64,000 bases of DNA from Podarcis bocagei. Lineage: Eukaryota. Both the position numbers and the translations under genes were made by a program. Every line of letters starts with the position of its first letter. Within the stretch, counting starts at the first letter, position 1. Below the pieces are notes generated by a model, which did not search any database, was not told the DNA's origin, and saw only the letters and a list, made by a program, of their open reading frames with translations. Location: assembly GCA_964188305.1 (NCBI GenBank), contig OZ076896.1, one strand, 5' to 3'. Below are positions 53,960 to 64,000 of the stretch, piece by piece.

Positions 53960-54450
53960 GGCAGAGGCGCTGAATGGGGCCCCAGCTCATGGGTGTCCAG
54001 CAGCTCCAAGGTAGCATGACGTCACTGCCAGAAGTGGTGTCAGAGGCCCTGCGAGTCCTAGGACACCATTTCCAAGCCCCCCTGAGACCTTGGACGCTAC
54101 ATCAAAGGCCCAGTGAGGCCCCAGGCAGGACCTCTGGGACCTTGCAAGGAACTGGAGGTCCTATCCGAGGCCTTGCAGGGCCTTGAAAGCAGTGTCCTAG
54201 GACCCGTGTGGCCTTGAAAGTAGCACCCAATGCCTTGCAGGGCATTGAAAGTGACATCCTAGGTCTCACAGGGTCTCCAACACCACTTCTGGTTCCTGGC
54301 GAGGCACCAGAAGTGGTGTTGGAGGCCTTGCAGAGCTTAGCATGCTGCTTCCAAGGCCCCCCAAGGCTTCGGACAGGACCCAGAAGGTTTTTTGTGGGTG
54401 CCAAGGCACCCAAGGCCCCTTGGAATTGGCACCAGTGTACCTGGGTAGAA
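53960..54450. repeat. GC-rich degenerate repeat region, probably DNA-transposon derived
   Basis: Recurrent ggccttgcag / ccagaagtggtgt / gtcctaggac motifs in both orientations. Confidence 0.45.
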
Positions 54451-55072
54451 CTCCCATTGGCAAAAAAAATACTTCCTATAAGAGATGTATAGGATTATAT
54501 AGTCATTTACAATATCATTTGATAGTATTCTCATGGTCGGGCTCTATAATGCTGGATCAATTCATTTTTATCTCTGGTCTTTACCCCCATCTTTTGTTTC
54601 TGTGGCATCATTCCCACGACACTTCTCTGTTATTGGCTGGGCTCTGTATTGACACTTGAGTACAAAATAACAGCTTTGGAGAAGGTTAACATGACATTTC
54701 TTTTCTTAATCAAGTTTGCCATCTTATTGCATGGTACCATTTCATTTCCCTTTTGTCAAGTGAATTGTTTTCATGATCAGTTACTTCCCAAGGACTAGAA
54801 AGGGCATTAATCCTCTCTTTTGTGTATACATTAGGTGACACTCTGCTCAGGAAGGGTATGAATCATCCAACTTTAAATGTAGCAGGCTTCTTCTTATTGT
54901 CTGCTCAGCAGAAGGAGAATGCACAAGGTGAAATATTTTGGACAACACAAAAGTATAACATAATTCCATTTGGTGAAAGAATGAGCCAAGATTTGAAGAG
55001 CTGGCCTTCAGGCTGAAGTGGGTACAATTTACAGAGGTATGTAGTTAGATCTGTCTTATTGCAACTTCTTTG

Positions 55073-55996
55073 CGTGGCAAGGTCCCAAACCCACCAGAGA
55101 AGTGGAATAGAGACACAAGAAACAGTATTTTAGGTTAATGGACGAAAAAGGCCACAACTTTATTGGTTACAGAATGTGAGTGGTATTGGCTTAGGCACTG
55201 GAAACCACACGACTATATCTGACTCCTGCCCGTCTGCAGGAGTCTTGGAAGGGTTAACCACCAGAAGGGGGAGCCCTGCTGCTGCACATCAACTAGGAAC
55301 TCCCCTAGGGTCACCGCTAGGGGTCGTGCCATAGCCCTAGCCCCCCATCTGGGGCTTCGGACAGAGACCATACCCCTTGGATTCCTTTAACAGGATACCC
55401 TTGAATTAGATGGGGTAGGTGATGGCCACTACCTCCCCTCACCTTCAGCCTAATACTCCAATGCCTAATTGCCAAACCTTACAAAGTTGTGACGATTTGC
55501 TACTAGGTAGGCAAAAAACCAATTTGCCAAGTGGAAAAAAATCCTACCAGGCCCCTGTTAAAAAACAGGTGACCAACCGAAGTCCATAGCAAGGTCAGGA
55601 GAAAAAGAGCCTAACCTAAGGGAGGGAGGGTAGGAGAACTGACTGAGCAGGGAGAAAAGGAACATGTCCTCAGCCGTGAGCAGTTTAAATAGCCCCCACC
55701 ACACCCCCGGACTGTCCGGATTGGACAGCCTTAGGATGACGTGGCTGAGGACCAACCAATGGAACAGTGGCTATCCTGCCCCATGCGCGTGGGGAGGGCT
55801 TGCTCCCAGCCCACAACGTCATCTCCCTGGGGCGGGAAATGGCTTTCACAGAATTATGCAGAAACATGGGGATATAGTGGGCCATTAGGGAGCACAAACA
55901 TCTTCCCCTCCCAGCCGTGGTGTGGCCCAACTCAAAAGACATGTGAGCTCTGGCACCCTCAGATGATGTCACACATGGGCACCATGAACTTGCCAA
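55073..55996 (-). mobile_element. Putative solo ERV LTR (~0.92 kb)
   Basis: Short inverted termini (c)gtggcaag / cttgccaa with tttg/cttg flanks. Reading the minus strand, CCAAT-box (55756-60), TATTTAAA (55684-91) and AATAAA (55159-64) occur in U3-R order. Confidence 0.5.
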
Positions 55997-58401
55997 CTTG
56001 CCTAACTGCTGGCTGAAGCCACAAGAGTAGCAAGCTTGGAGAGAGGTGGGGTGACTCTTCTCAGCCCTAAAATGTTCAGCAGCCCACAGAGATCCACCAC
56101 CATATTATATCTGATTTGCTAACAATTAAGTAAGCCATGTTACCTTCTGCAGGTCTTGCAATTTTGGCCAGGTGCCTCCACACTATTTTTGGATGATGTT
56201 CTTTAAGTTCCACCCCATCCCCCATCTGCTCTGCTCACAAGTGGTAAATGTCCATGTCCATAGGCTTTGTGTACACAACAGCTTCTTATTCTTCAATCTT
56301 TTGCTGACCAGACTTCTCCCTGCATAGCTTGTTTTAGGGCCTAAAACATTCAAAGATATCATCTTGTACCACCCACTCAGCTCATTGCCCTAAAAATATT
56401 TCAGGATAGTTTTCTATCAACTGTTTCCACTGTAGATGCCACACACTTCTTTATTCCCCTGCTGCACCTACACACAATAACAATTTATGCGTACAGTAAG
56501 TAGAGCAAAACGATTAATGTGGGTAGACTTGAAGGGTTGCAAACATCTAGGCATTGCATTCAAATTAAAAAGAAAATGGGCTTATTGCAAAGGAAATCAG
56601 AGGTCACATGAGAGTTAAAAGAAATTAAAGTAGTTTAAAATTTGTCTCAAATGCATACATGAATACCCAAGGACATTAAATATGCACACACCAGCAGACA
56701 AGTTTCTTTAAGTGGGACTTGGGGGACTTTAGGAAACTGGAAACTGGTATAGTTAAATTGGCCTAACTTCAAAATCAGTGTGGATCACATTCATTGCAAT
56801 TGGTTCCAGGGATTATTCAAGTTGGTACCCCTGCAAATTTCTATGTGGTGACTGAAATTATCCTCTGAAAAACAATCACATCTAAGTTATGGACAATAAA
56901 ACAATTGAAATAAGAGGACTACAGCAGGTGTTTCAGCGTTATGCTCCAATAATGTATTATTGTAAGTTTTGGGTGTTGGTTTAGAGGACCTCTTTGGTCT
57001 CTTTCCGCTCAGTAATTCTTCACTGTAAAATTTCCAAGAATTGTATGATTATCTGCAGTCCTAACAGTGCAGTCCTTGGCATGGCTAAGATGGCAGCCCT
57101 AAACATTTGCTCCTATCTCACAAATGTTTTAAATCTAAAATCCTAACCACATCCATTCAGAAGAATGTTCCTTTGAATTCAATGATCAGTGTCAGGGCTA
57201 ACATTACACATGAATAAGCAAAGGACAGTTTCACTTTCTACATCTAAATCCAAACCATACACAGAAAGGGGGAGGGGGCATCCGAAACAAGGAAGCCTGT
57301 TCTGGGAAGCATGTTTCTTCTTGCTGCACAGTCATTAATAAAAAATAAGAAAAAAGCTTTCTGTAGCAGCTGCTATTGATGCACACCGCTAACTTGCACA
57401 TAATGAGGAGAAAAGGCTTTCTCCGTAATTGAAAATCTGCAGGAACCTTTAAAAAGAAAAGATCAGCACTGAGTGAACAAAAGGCTCATTCAGTGTGTGC
57501 TATCTGCTCTCTATGAGCTAAGGAATTTTTGGAAAATGTTACTCATCTTCAGCTGTTTTATTGTTGGGGTGCACCCTGTCCATTTTTTTACTTGAACAGT
57601 ATAGGAACTGAGAGCTGTGGCTGGTCATTTTTGATCTTCATCTTGGTATGACTGGGGAAGGCAGTAGATTGATCTAGGCTTAGCTAGGGCAACATTTTCA
57701 GCTCTCTGTAACACCCCCCTTTTCCCTGGGACTTACTTAGGGTCTTCAGAAACCATTTTAAAAAACGATTTTGCCAAAAGCAGCTCAACAACTTTGTCCC
57801 CCTTCCTCCCCCCCCCAAAGCTTTTCTGTCTGGATTTTCACTTTTTGAAATATGGCAACCCTACTTAGGCTTAGTTTGGAGAACAGGGTGAGATGGGGAG
57901 GGGGAATTCGTTTGGAGCAAAGAACTCAAGGAGGCATCCAAAAGAGGGAACACCAATTTCTAATAGGTAACTCTGACTACTCTCCCTGTCCTGGCTCCCA
58001 TCCCAAACCAGATGACAGGGGCATTTACCGTACTTTTGTAAACTTTTGTATTGGCAGTCTAATAGCACAAACACAGCTGCTAGGAAAGAGCATAATCTAG
58101 TCCTGGTGGTCTTACAGGACAGAGGAATAGCAACAATAAGTCCAGCTCAAGAGTCCAAGATTAGCCTAAGACTCCATTGGAGCTGCAGCATTGTCCCAGC
58201 AAGTTTCCCTGCCTTCTTGCAAAGCTCTTAAGCAGAGATGAGAAGGCTCAGCTACTGATGTGACTCCCAGTCCCTGTGATCATTCCTGACGTGGAAGCAT
58301 GCACTTTTCCTGGGGGGGAGGGCGAGTCTCCTCCCTTCTCTTCAGCTCTGTTGCAGCAGGCTGTGCCCCTGCTCAACCTCTGTAGAGCTCAACCTCTACA
58401 G

Positions 58402-58609
58402 CAGAGCTTTCCAAATTGTGTGTTGTGACACATTAGTGTGTATTGGCTGAAGTGTGTAGGTGTGCCGCACAAACGTTCCCCACGCTCCTCCCGGGGCTGG
58501 GAAGGGGTTAAATTAACCTCTGGTTTACTAGTAAAACAGAATTACTGTGTCACAAAATGATGCATGTCTAAGAAGTGTCTCACCAACATGGAAAGTTTGG
58601 AAAGCTCTG
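58402..58609. mobile_element. hAT-type MITE
   Basis: TIRs cagagctttccaaa / tttggaaagctctg; degenerate 8-bp TSD ctctacag / ttctgcag. Confidence 0.8.
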
Positions 58610-58619
58610 TTCTGCAGAC

Positions 58620-59670
58620 TGGAGGTGAGCAGTGAAGTAGCCCAATTTCCTGATGATACTAAATTGTTTAGGGTAGTTGAAATGAAAGGGATAGTGAAGA
58701 GCTGCAAAAGGAACTCTCTATATGGCAAATGTAATTTGATGTCAGCAAGTGTGAAGCATTGCACGTTGGGGCAAAAGAATCTTAATCTCACATGTAAACT
58801 TAACGGGTTCTGAACCAGCAGAGACTGACCACGAATAAGACACTGAGGTCTCAGGGTATAGTTCAGTGAAGATGCTGTGAAACAGATGAAGGATACATGC
58901 CATTAGGAAAGGGGTTGAAGATAATATATATACAGTGGTATCTCGGGTTACAGACGCTTCAAGTTACAGACTCCGCTAACCCAGAAATAGTACCTCGAGT
59001 TAAGAACTTTGCTTCAGGATAAGCGCAGAAATCGCATGGCGGTGGCACGGGAGGCCAAATTAGCTAAAGTGGTACCTCAGGTTAAGAACAGTTTCAGATT
59101 AAGAACGGACCTCCAGAACGAATTAAGTTCTTAACCTGAGGTACCACTGTATATCTAAGAGATGGAAAAGATGTTGAATAGGGCAACCAAAATGATAAAG
59201 GGGCTGAAACAACTTCCTTATGAGAAAAGGTTTTGAAAAAAGTTGAGTATAAAGGCCATGGCAGAGGTGTATAAATTATACCTGGTGTGAAGAAAGTGAA
59301 TAGTCTTTGTCCCCCTCATGGTACTAGAACTTTGGGGCATGCAATGAAGGGTGTATTTCTTCACACATCACATAGTTAAACTTTGGAATCTGCTGCCACA
59401 GGACATACTGATGACCACCAACTTTGACCATTTTAAAAAGGATTGGACAAATTTATGGAGGATAGGACTATCAATGGCTGTTAGTCATGATGGCTGTGTA
59501 TTCCTTCCTGTATCAGAGGGGGGTATCGCTCTGAGCATCACTTTTTGGGGAACACAAGTGGGGAGAGGGCTATTGTGCTCAGGTCCGGCTTGTGTCCTTC
59601 CCACAGACATCTGGCTGGCCACTGTGAGAACAGGATGCTGCTGGTCTGATCCTGCAGAACTCTTCATATG
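58620..59670 (+). mobile_element. Degenerate CR1 LINE 3' portion
   Basis: Translates to SEVAQFPDDTKLFRVV (FADDTKL-like) and YFFTHHIVKLWNLLPQD; interrupted by a MITE. Confidence 0.8.
58933..59149. mobile_element. Tigger-like MITE (same family as 17423-17656, opposite orientation) nested in CR1
   Basis: TA|cagtggtatctcgggtta...taacctgaggtaccactg|TA. Confidence 0.85.
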
Positions 59671-59870
59671 TTCTTGTGGAGCAGTGGGCATGCTTATGCA
59701 AATAGTATGTTCTCTCTCTCTGCATGTTATTTGACAAAAGCTGCAGATAACAATGGCACATAGCTAGGTAACCTTGGCCCTCTTTAAAAAAAAATACTAT
59801 TTGAAAAAACTGGCAGGCCTAAACTGCTTCAGCCCTAGGTTTTTCTGTAATTATTGAACTGCTATATTAT

Positions 59871-59971
59871 ATCTAAAATGATGATTACAGGGTTCATTGA
59901 CTGCACCACCATGTTATAAACAGCTATATGGGGTGGTGCAGTCAATGAACACTGCAATCATCATCCTAGAT
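59871..59971. repeat. Isolated 40-bp-arm inverted repeat
   Basis: 59871-59910 versus 59932-59971 pair at 36/40 positions with a 21-nt spacer. Confidence 0.85.
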
Positions 59972-60976
59972 TGCATACAATTACTTTTTACATGATACTG
60001 CAGGATTTGTAAGAGAGTTTAACAGTACACAGACAAGCTCTTGTTGCCCCAGGTTCCAGTTAAGGACATCATTGTAAAAAAGGCGGACTGTTTTAGCTGT
60101 TTTGTATGGAATGACGTTCAGCTCATGCCTTCATTAGGTGCCAGGCGAAAACATTCCTTTTTAACTAGGCCATTGGCTGATTGATATCTAATGCCCTTTT
60201 AAATGTGTTGTGGAAGGTAGGGTTATTGGGTTGTCTTTGTTTTAGTTTTCATTATGGTTTTTTTTTTTTTAAAAAAATGTAATTTTATGTTGTGAACTGC
60301 CCTGAGATGTATGGGTACAGGGTGGTATACAATTCTAAATAAATAAATACATAAATGACAGAACACTGTGCAATTAGTTGTGTATATTAATGTGTGCAGG
60401 CTTGTAGTTTCTGGAACAACTGTTTTGTTACGGAAGTGTGTAAGATGGTAGTGCATTCTGCACTAAATTCCATGATAAGAAAATGAGAAAAGACCTGTTG
60501 GGTAAGACAAAAGGCCTATCTCTTCTGGCATCCTACAAGCAAGATGTGAAGTCAGTTCTCCTTTCCTGCTGTTGCTTCCAGCAATTGGTATTTAGAGCAT
60601 GTAGAGTCTAGAGAGCCATCACTACTAGTAGCCACTGACAGCCATTCTTTAATCCAATCCCTTTTCTAACCCATCTAGTTCCATTTTATATCTATCCATA
60701 ACTTTCTCTAATTTGATTTTGAAGCCATCTCTGTTAGTGGTCTCTCCTCCACTTATGCCAGCAACACGACAGCTTAACTATGGAGTGTCTGAAGCAAGAT
60801 TTATCAATCTTGCCTTCCCCAACCTATCAGCTTTGTTGGGTGAGACCAGACTTTGGTGTTATGAGAAAGGGGGGAAGGGAAATTATCGCATCACTTTCTG
60901 CACACAACACACAATTTTATAAACCCTAAATAAGGTGGCCAGGCACAAGAGAAGGCAGGGTCCCTGCACTTTTTAT

Positions 60977-61392
60977 GTTGTTGTTGTTGTTGTTTAGTCG
61001 TTTAGTTGTGTCTGGCTCTTCGTGACCCCCTGGACCAGAGCACGCCAGGCACTCCTGTCTTCCACTGCCTCCCGCAGTTTAGTCAAACTCATGCCGGTAG
61101 CTTCGAGAACACCGTCTAACCATCTCATCCTCTGTCGTCCCCTTCTTCTTGTGCCCTCCATCTTTCCCAGCATCAGGGTCTTTTCCAGGGAGTCTTCTCT
61201 TCTCATGAGGTGGCCAAAGTATTGGAGCCTCAGCTTCAGGATCTGTCCTTCCAGTGAGCACTCAGGGCTGATTTCCTTAAGAATGGAGAAGTTTGATCTT
61301 CTTGCAGTCCATGGGACTCTCAAGAGTCTCCTCCAGCACCATAATTCAAAAGCATCAATTCTTCGGCGATCAGCCTTCTTTATGGTCCAGCT
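60977..61392 (-). mobile_element. BovB 3' fragment
   Basis: Highly similar to 47260-47672; RVPWTARRSNFSILKEISPECSLEG...GVTKSQTQLND*; (CAA)n tail. Confidence 0.94.
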
Positions 61393-61397
61393 TTGTT

Positions 61398-62023
61398 TGT
61401 AGAAAAGGGGAGTTCATCAGGAGCTTGAATAACAAGTTACACCTGCTGAAATTCCCTTTTCTGCCCAAGTTTATTTATTTGGAAGGGCAGCACCAATTAT
61501 GAGCCCCACGGCACTGTTGGGATTGGGTGTGGGTTGATGCACGAGGAGGAAGAAACAGTGAGGGTGGTGGTGGATTGTGTTGGAGATTCATTCCCCATGT
61601 CTGCAGCCATGGGATTGTTGTCTATCACACGACGGTGTATGTTTTCATTCCACAGTGTGGGAAGTGACGGAGACAGGATGTTTTGGTATTACTGTGTTCC
61701 GTGAAGTGGGACTATTGTCCTTTGTTCTTTCTCTATTTGCTGTCTGATGAGAAAGAGGAAGAAGCTAAGTCAGAATGCTCCGAGTGTTTTATATGTAAAT
61801 AAAGTAGATTAGCCAAAATGCTGAGTTGCTGAGGTCTGTTACGCAAGCTGCGAAGACTCTGTGGATCTCTAAGTATGCTGATGCTTGTTGGCATCAGTTG
61901 CTGTGATGTTTGGGCAGATGAAAGCTTTTGAAGCTCTTGAATGATTGACCAGGAGGAAGAGAACATGCCAGTCAGGCATGGGTCCTACCCGGGTCCTATT
62001 CGAGAGTAGGGTGGCTCCTGACG
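61398..62023 (+). mobile_element. Possible LTR-like element
   Basis: Begins TGTAG, AATAAA at ~61798, ends cctgac(g); no convincing TSD. Confidence 0.3.
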
Positions 62024-62252
62024 GTGGTTAGAGAAGGGGGCTCTCCCTGGTGTACCTCAACTCCAGCCACTTTCGAAGGTGGAGCAAGAATGCCAGCCCC
62101 TCCCCACAACCTCCCAGTGGAGCAGAAGTTGCATTGCAACAGTCCAGGCTGGCTGTAGCCAAGGCATAGATCACTAGCAGAATCTGCCATCTCCTGATAG
62201 GGTCATAGCGGGCATATCAGCCTAAGCTGCATGGAGACTGTTCCATTTAGAA

Positions 62253-62388
62253 CAGTGTTTCCCAACCATGGACCTCCAGCTGTTTTTGTACTACAGTTCC
62301 CATCAACCCTGACTACTGGTCTTGCTAGCTAGGGATGATGGGGGTTGTAATCCAAAATCAGCTGGAGGCCCAAGGTTGGGAAACACTG
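62253..62388. mobile_element. hAT-type palindromic MITE
   Basis: TIRs cagtgtttcccaacc / ggttgggaaacactg; degenerate TSD atttagaa / gtctagaa; interior related to 34589-34724. Confidence 0.82.
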
Positions 62389-64000
62389 GTCTAGAAGGAC
62401 TTCCAAGCTACGTACTTGGTCTTTCAGAGGGAATATTTGGCTTAGAATGTTGCAGGCATCCTTAGCTTATTTTACTAGTGAAAGCCACCCTTGAGACTTT
62501 GTGCCACCAAAATAATACAGGAAGTGAAAGTGTTGTATTGATACTGGCTATTTTCTTCAGAGCTTTTCTCCACTGTTCATGCTTTTGTCTCGGACACCCT
62601 AACATTTTATACTTACTGTAGTATTTAACCTAACCATTATATGGAGGATCTTTTGCCTGCAGGAGGAACACAGACTAGGACTAGAACAGAGACACGTTAT
62701 AATTCCGTGTGTTTCCATTGCGCCGTGACAGCCTGTCATTTTCTGTTCTTTTCAAGAGATTGTGAATAGACAATACACGTAGGCTGGATACAGTTGCTTG
62801 GTAACCAGATTTTAAAACTTTCTTAAATGTAATTGCCTCTTTGCAAAAGAAACATCGATTAGTTAAATTTCCTTGAATGTTAAGGCAACAAATTTGGATC
62901 GAACTTTTATAGCATCTCAATAAATCAAATTGAGAGTGCCTCCTTCAATGTTATTTAATTTTCAGGGCATTTTGAACCATCCTACCTAATATTCAATGGT
63001 GTGGAAAGAGCGTGGGATGCTATTATACCTTGGCTTTGGGGGCAATTTCTAAGAGATAATTATATTCAGTTCAAATTAGCTTTCCAAAATAACTTTGCAG
63101 TTTGGATCCTTCACAATATGCAGTAAAATGTACTTGTGTACTTCTATTTGAAAAAATTCCCATTTCTCATTGCCTGGCAAGGCTAGTTGGGAAGAATCTA
63201 TAAAAATATGCCACCTGGGGTGTAAATTTACATAACTCATCTCATTTGATAAATTTTACACTGCTGAATCCAAATTTTGTTGTTAATCAGCCATCTGAGC
63301 CTGCATGAGTGGCCACATTTGCAGAGAGAAAAACATGGCAATGGGTCATTTGGATTATACATATGTGTACTGTATATGACTTGTGGGTTATAGATTTTGG
63401 AGTATGAAATCAGAATTTCAACATCTGTCCAAGTAATGCTTAGCATTTGTAAAGCGCTTTCAGAGCACAAAGAGTCAGAGTTGCTACTTGGATAGATACA
63501 ACATATAACATGCTGCTTGGATAGATACATTCATATAACATGTTAGTAGGGTGTATGAGGTCCTAGGAGAAGGGTAGTACCTCTAGCAGGGGACACATCA
63601 TGCTTCTTCTGGTTTAGTTTGTCCACCTTTGGGGAGAGATCTTTTACATATTGTGCAATATTGTGGTTTTGATATTAATGTTGTGTTTTAATGGATGAAA
63701 CCTGCCCTGGGACCTTAGTGTGAAGGCGGGTAATAAATTGAGGTAGGGGACAGGGAGAAACAGGCTATTAGTTGACTTGGATGAGAATTGACAGTAAGAG
63801 GTGGGTAAAGACAGAAAACAGATTAAATCTCCACTCACGCTTCCATCACCTCAAGGGCAGGGAACCTTTTTTGGACCAGCGAGCCAGGTCTTTATCTCCC
63901 TGCCCACCTCCATGCGCCAACTTTAACAGGTGGACCTGACCACCCAGCTGTCAATCATCTGCTGAGTGATAGGTGGGTGCTCCCGCCCACACGTCAAACT

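Larger units (their letters stand above)
42259..63512 (-). pseudogene. Putative decayed multi-exon gene (uncharacterised, repeated-domain protein); likely continues beyond the window end
   Basis: Exon-like segments on minus: 63241-63512, 63029-63173, ~62617-62839, ~57260-57436, 56667-56864, 56144-56467, ~54490-54794, ~52640-53360, ~46216-46410, 45344-46053, ~44500-44777, 43661-43767, ~43000-43279, 42556-42647, 42259-42455. Many have AG/GT ends with compatible phases, and the translations are protein-like but interrupted by stops and frameshifts. No database confirmation. Confidence 0.5.

Noticed and set aside
42000-64000. SV2C exons expected from synteny
   Set aside because: No MFS-transporter or SV2 peptide recognised; SV2C presumably lies beyond the window

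Overview
Vertebrate genomic DNA. The repeat content (Sauria SINEs, BovB/RTE LINEs, CR1/L2 relics, TA-flanked Tc1/mariner-pogo MITEs, hAT MITEs, Penelope relics) points to a squamate, probably a lacertid lizard. Contents: (i) the last three coding exons of ANKDD1B (+; death domain, C-terminal CaaX 'CAIS'); (ii) a complete POC5 gene (-; non-coding exon 1 in a CpG-island promoter near 35.3 kb, 12 coding exons, 592 aa by my assembly), convergent with ANKDD1B; (iii) a young, stop-free but 5'-truncated 2.7-kb BovB LINE with target-site duplication (TSD). Two things are not explained by ordinary annotation. The first is a 2.0-kb TA-flanked non-autonomous transposon in a POC5 intron whose interior is a nested palindrome: 119-bp units, each made of two hairpins, arrayed head-to-head around a 5-nt loop. 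The second is a string of about 15 decayed exon-like segments on the minus strand from ~63.5 kb to ~42.3 kb, many with canonical, phase-compatible splice sites. They appear to be the remains of a large uncharacterised gene with a repeated domain (putative unitary pseudogene, moderate confidence). There is a 131-nt assembly gap at 45114-45244. Gene and repeat names come from my recall of homologues; no search was run.
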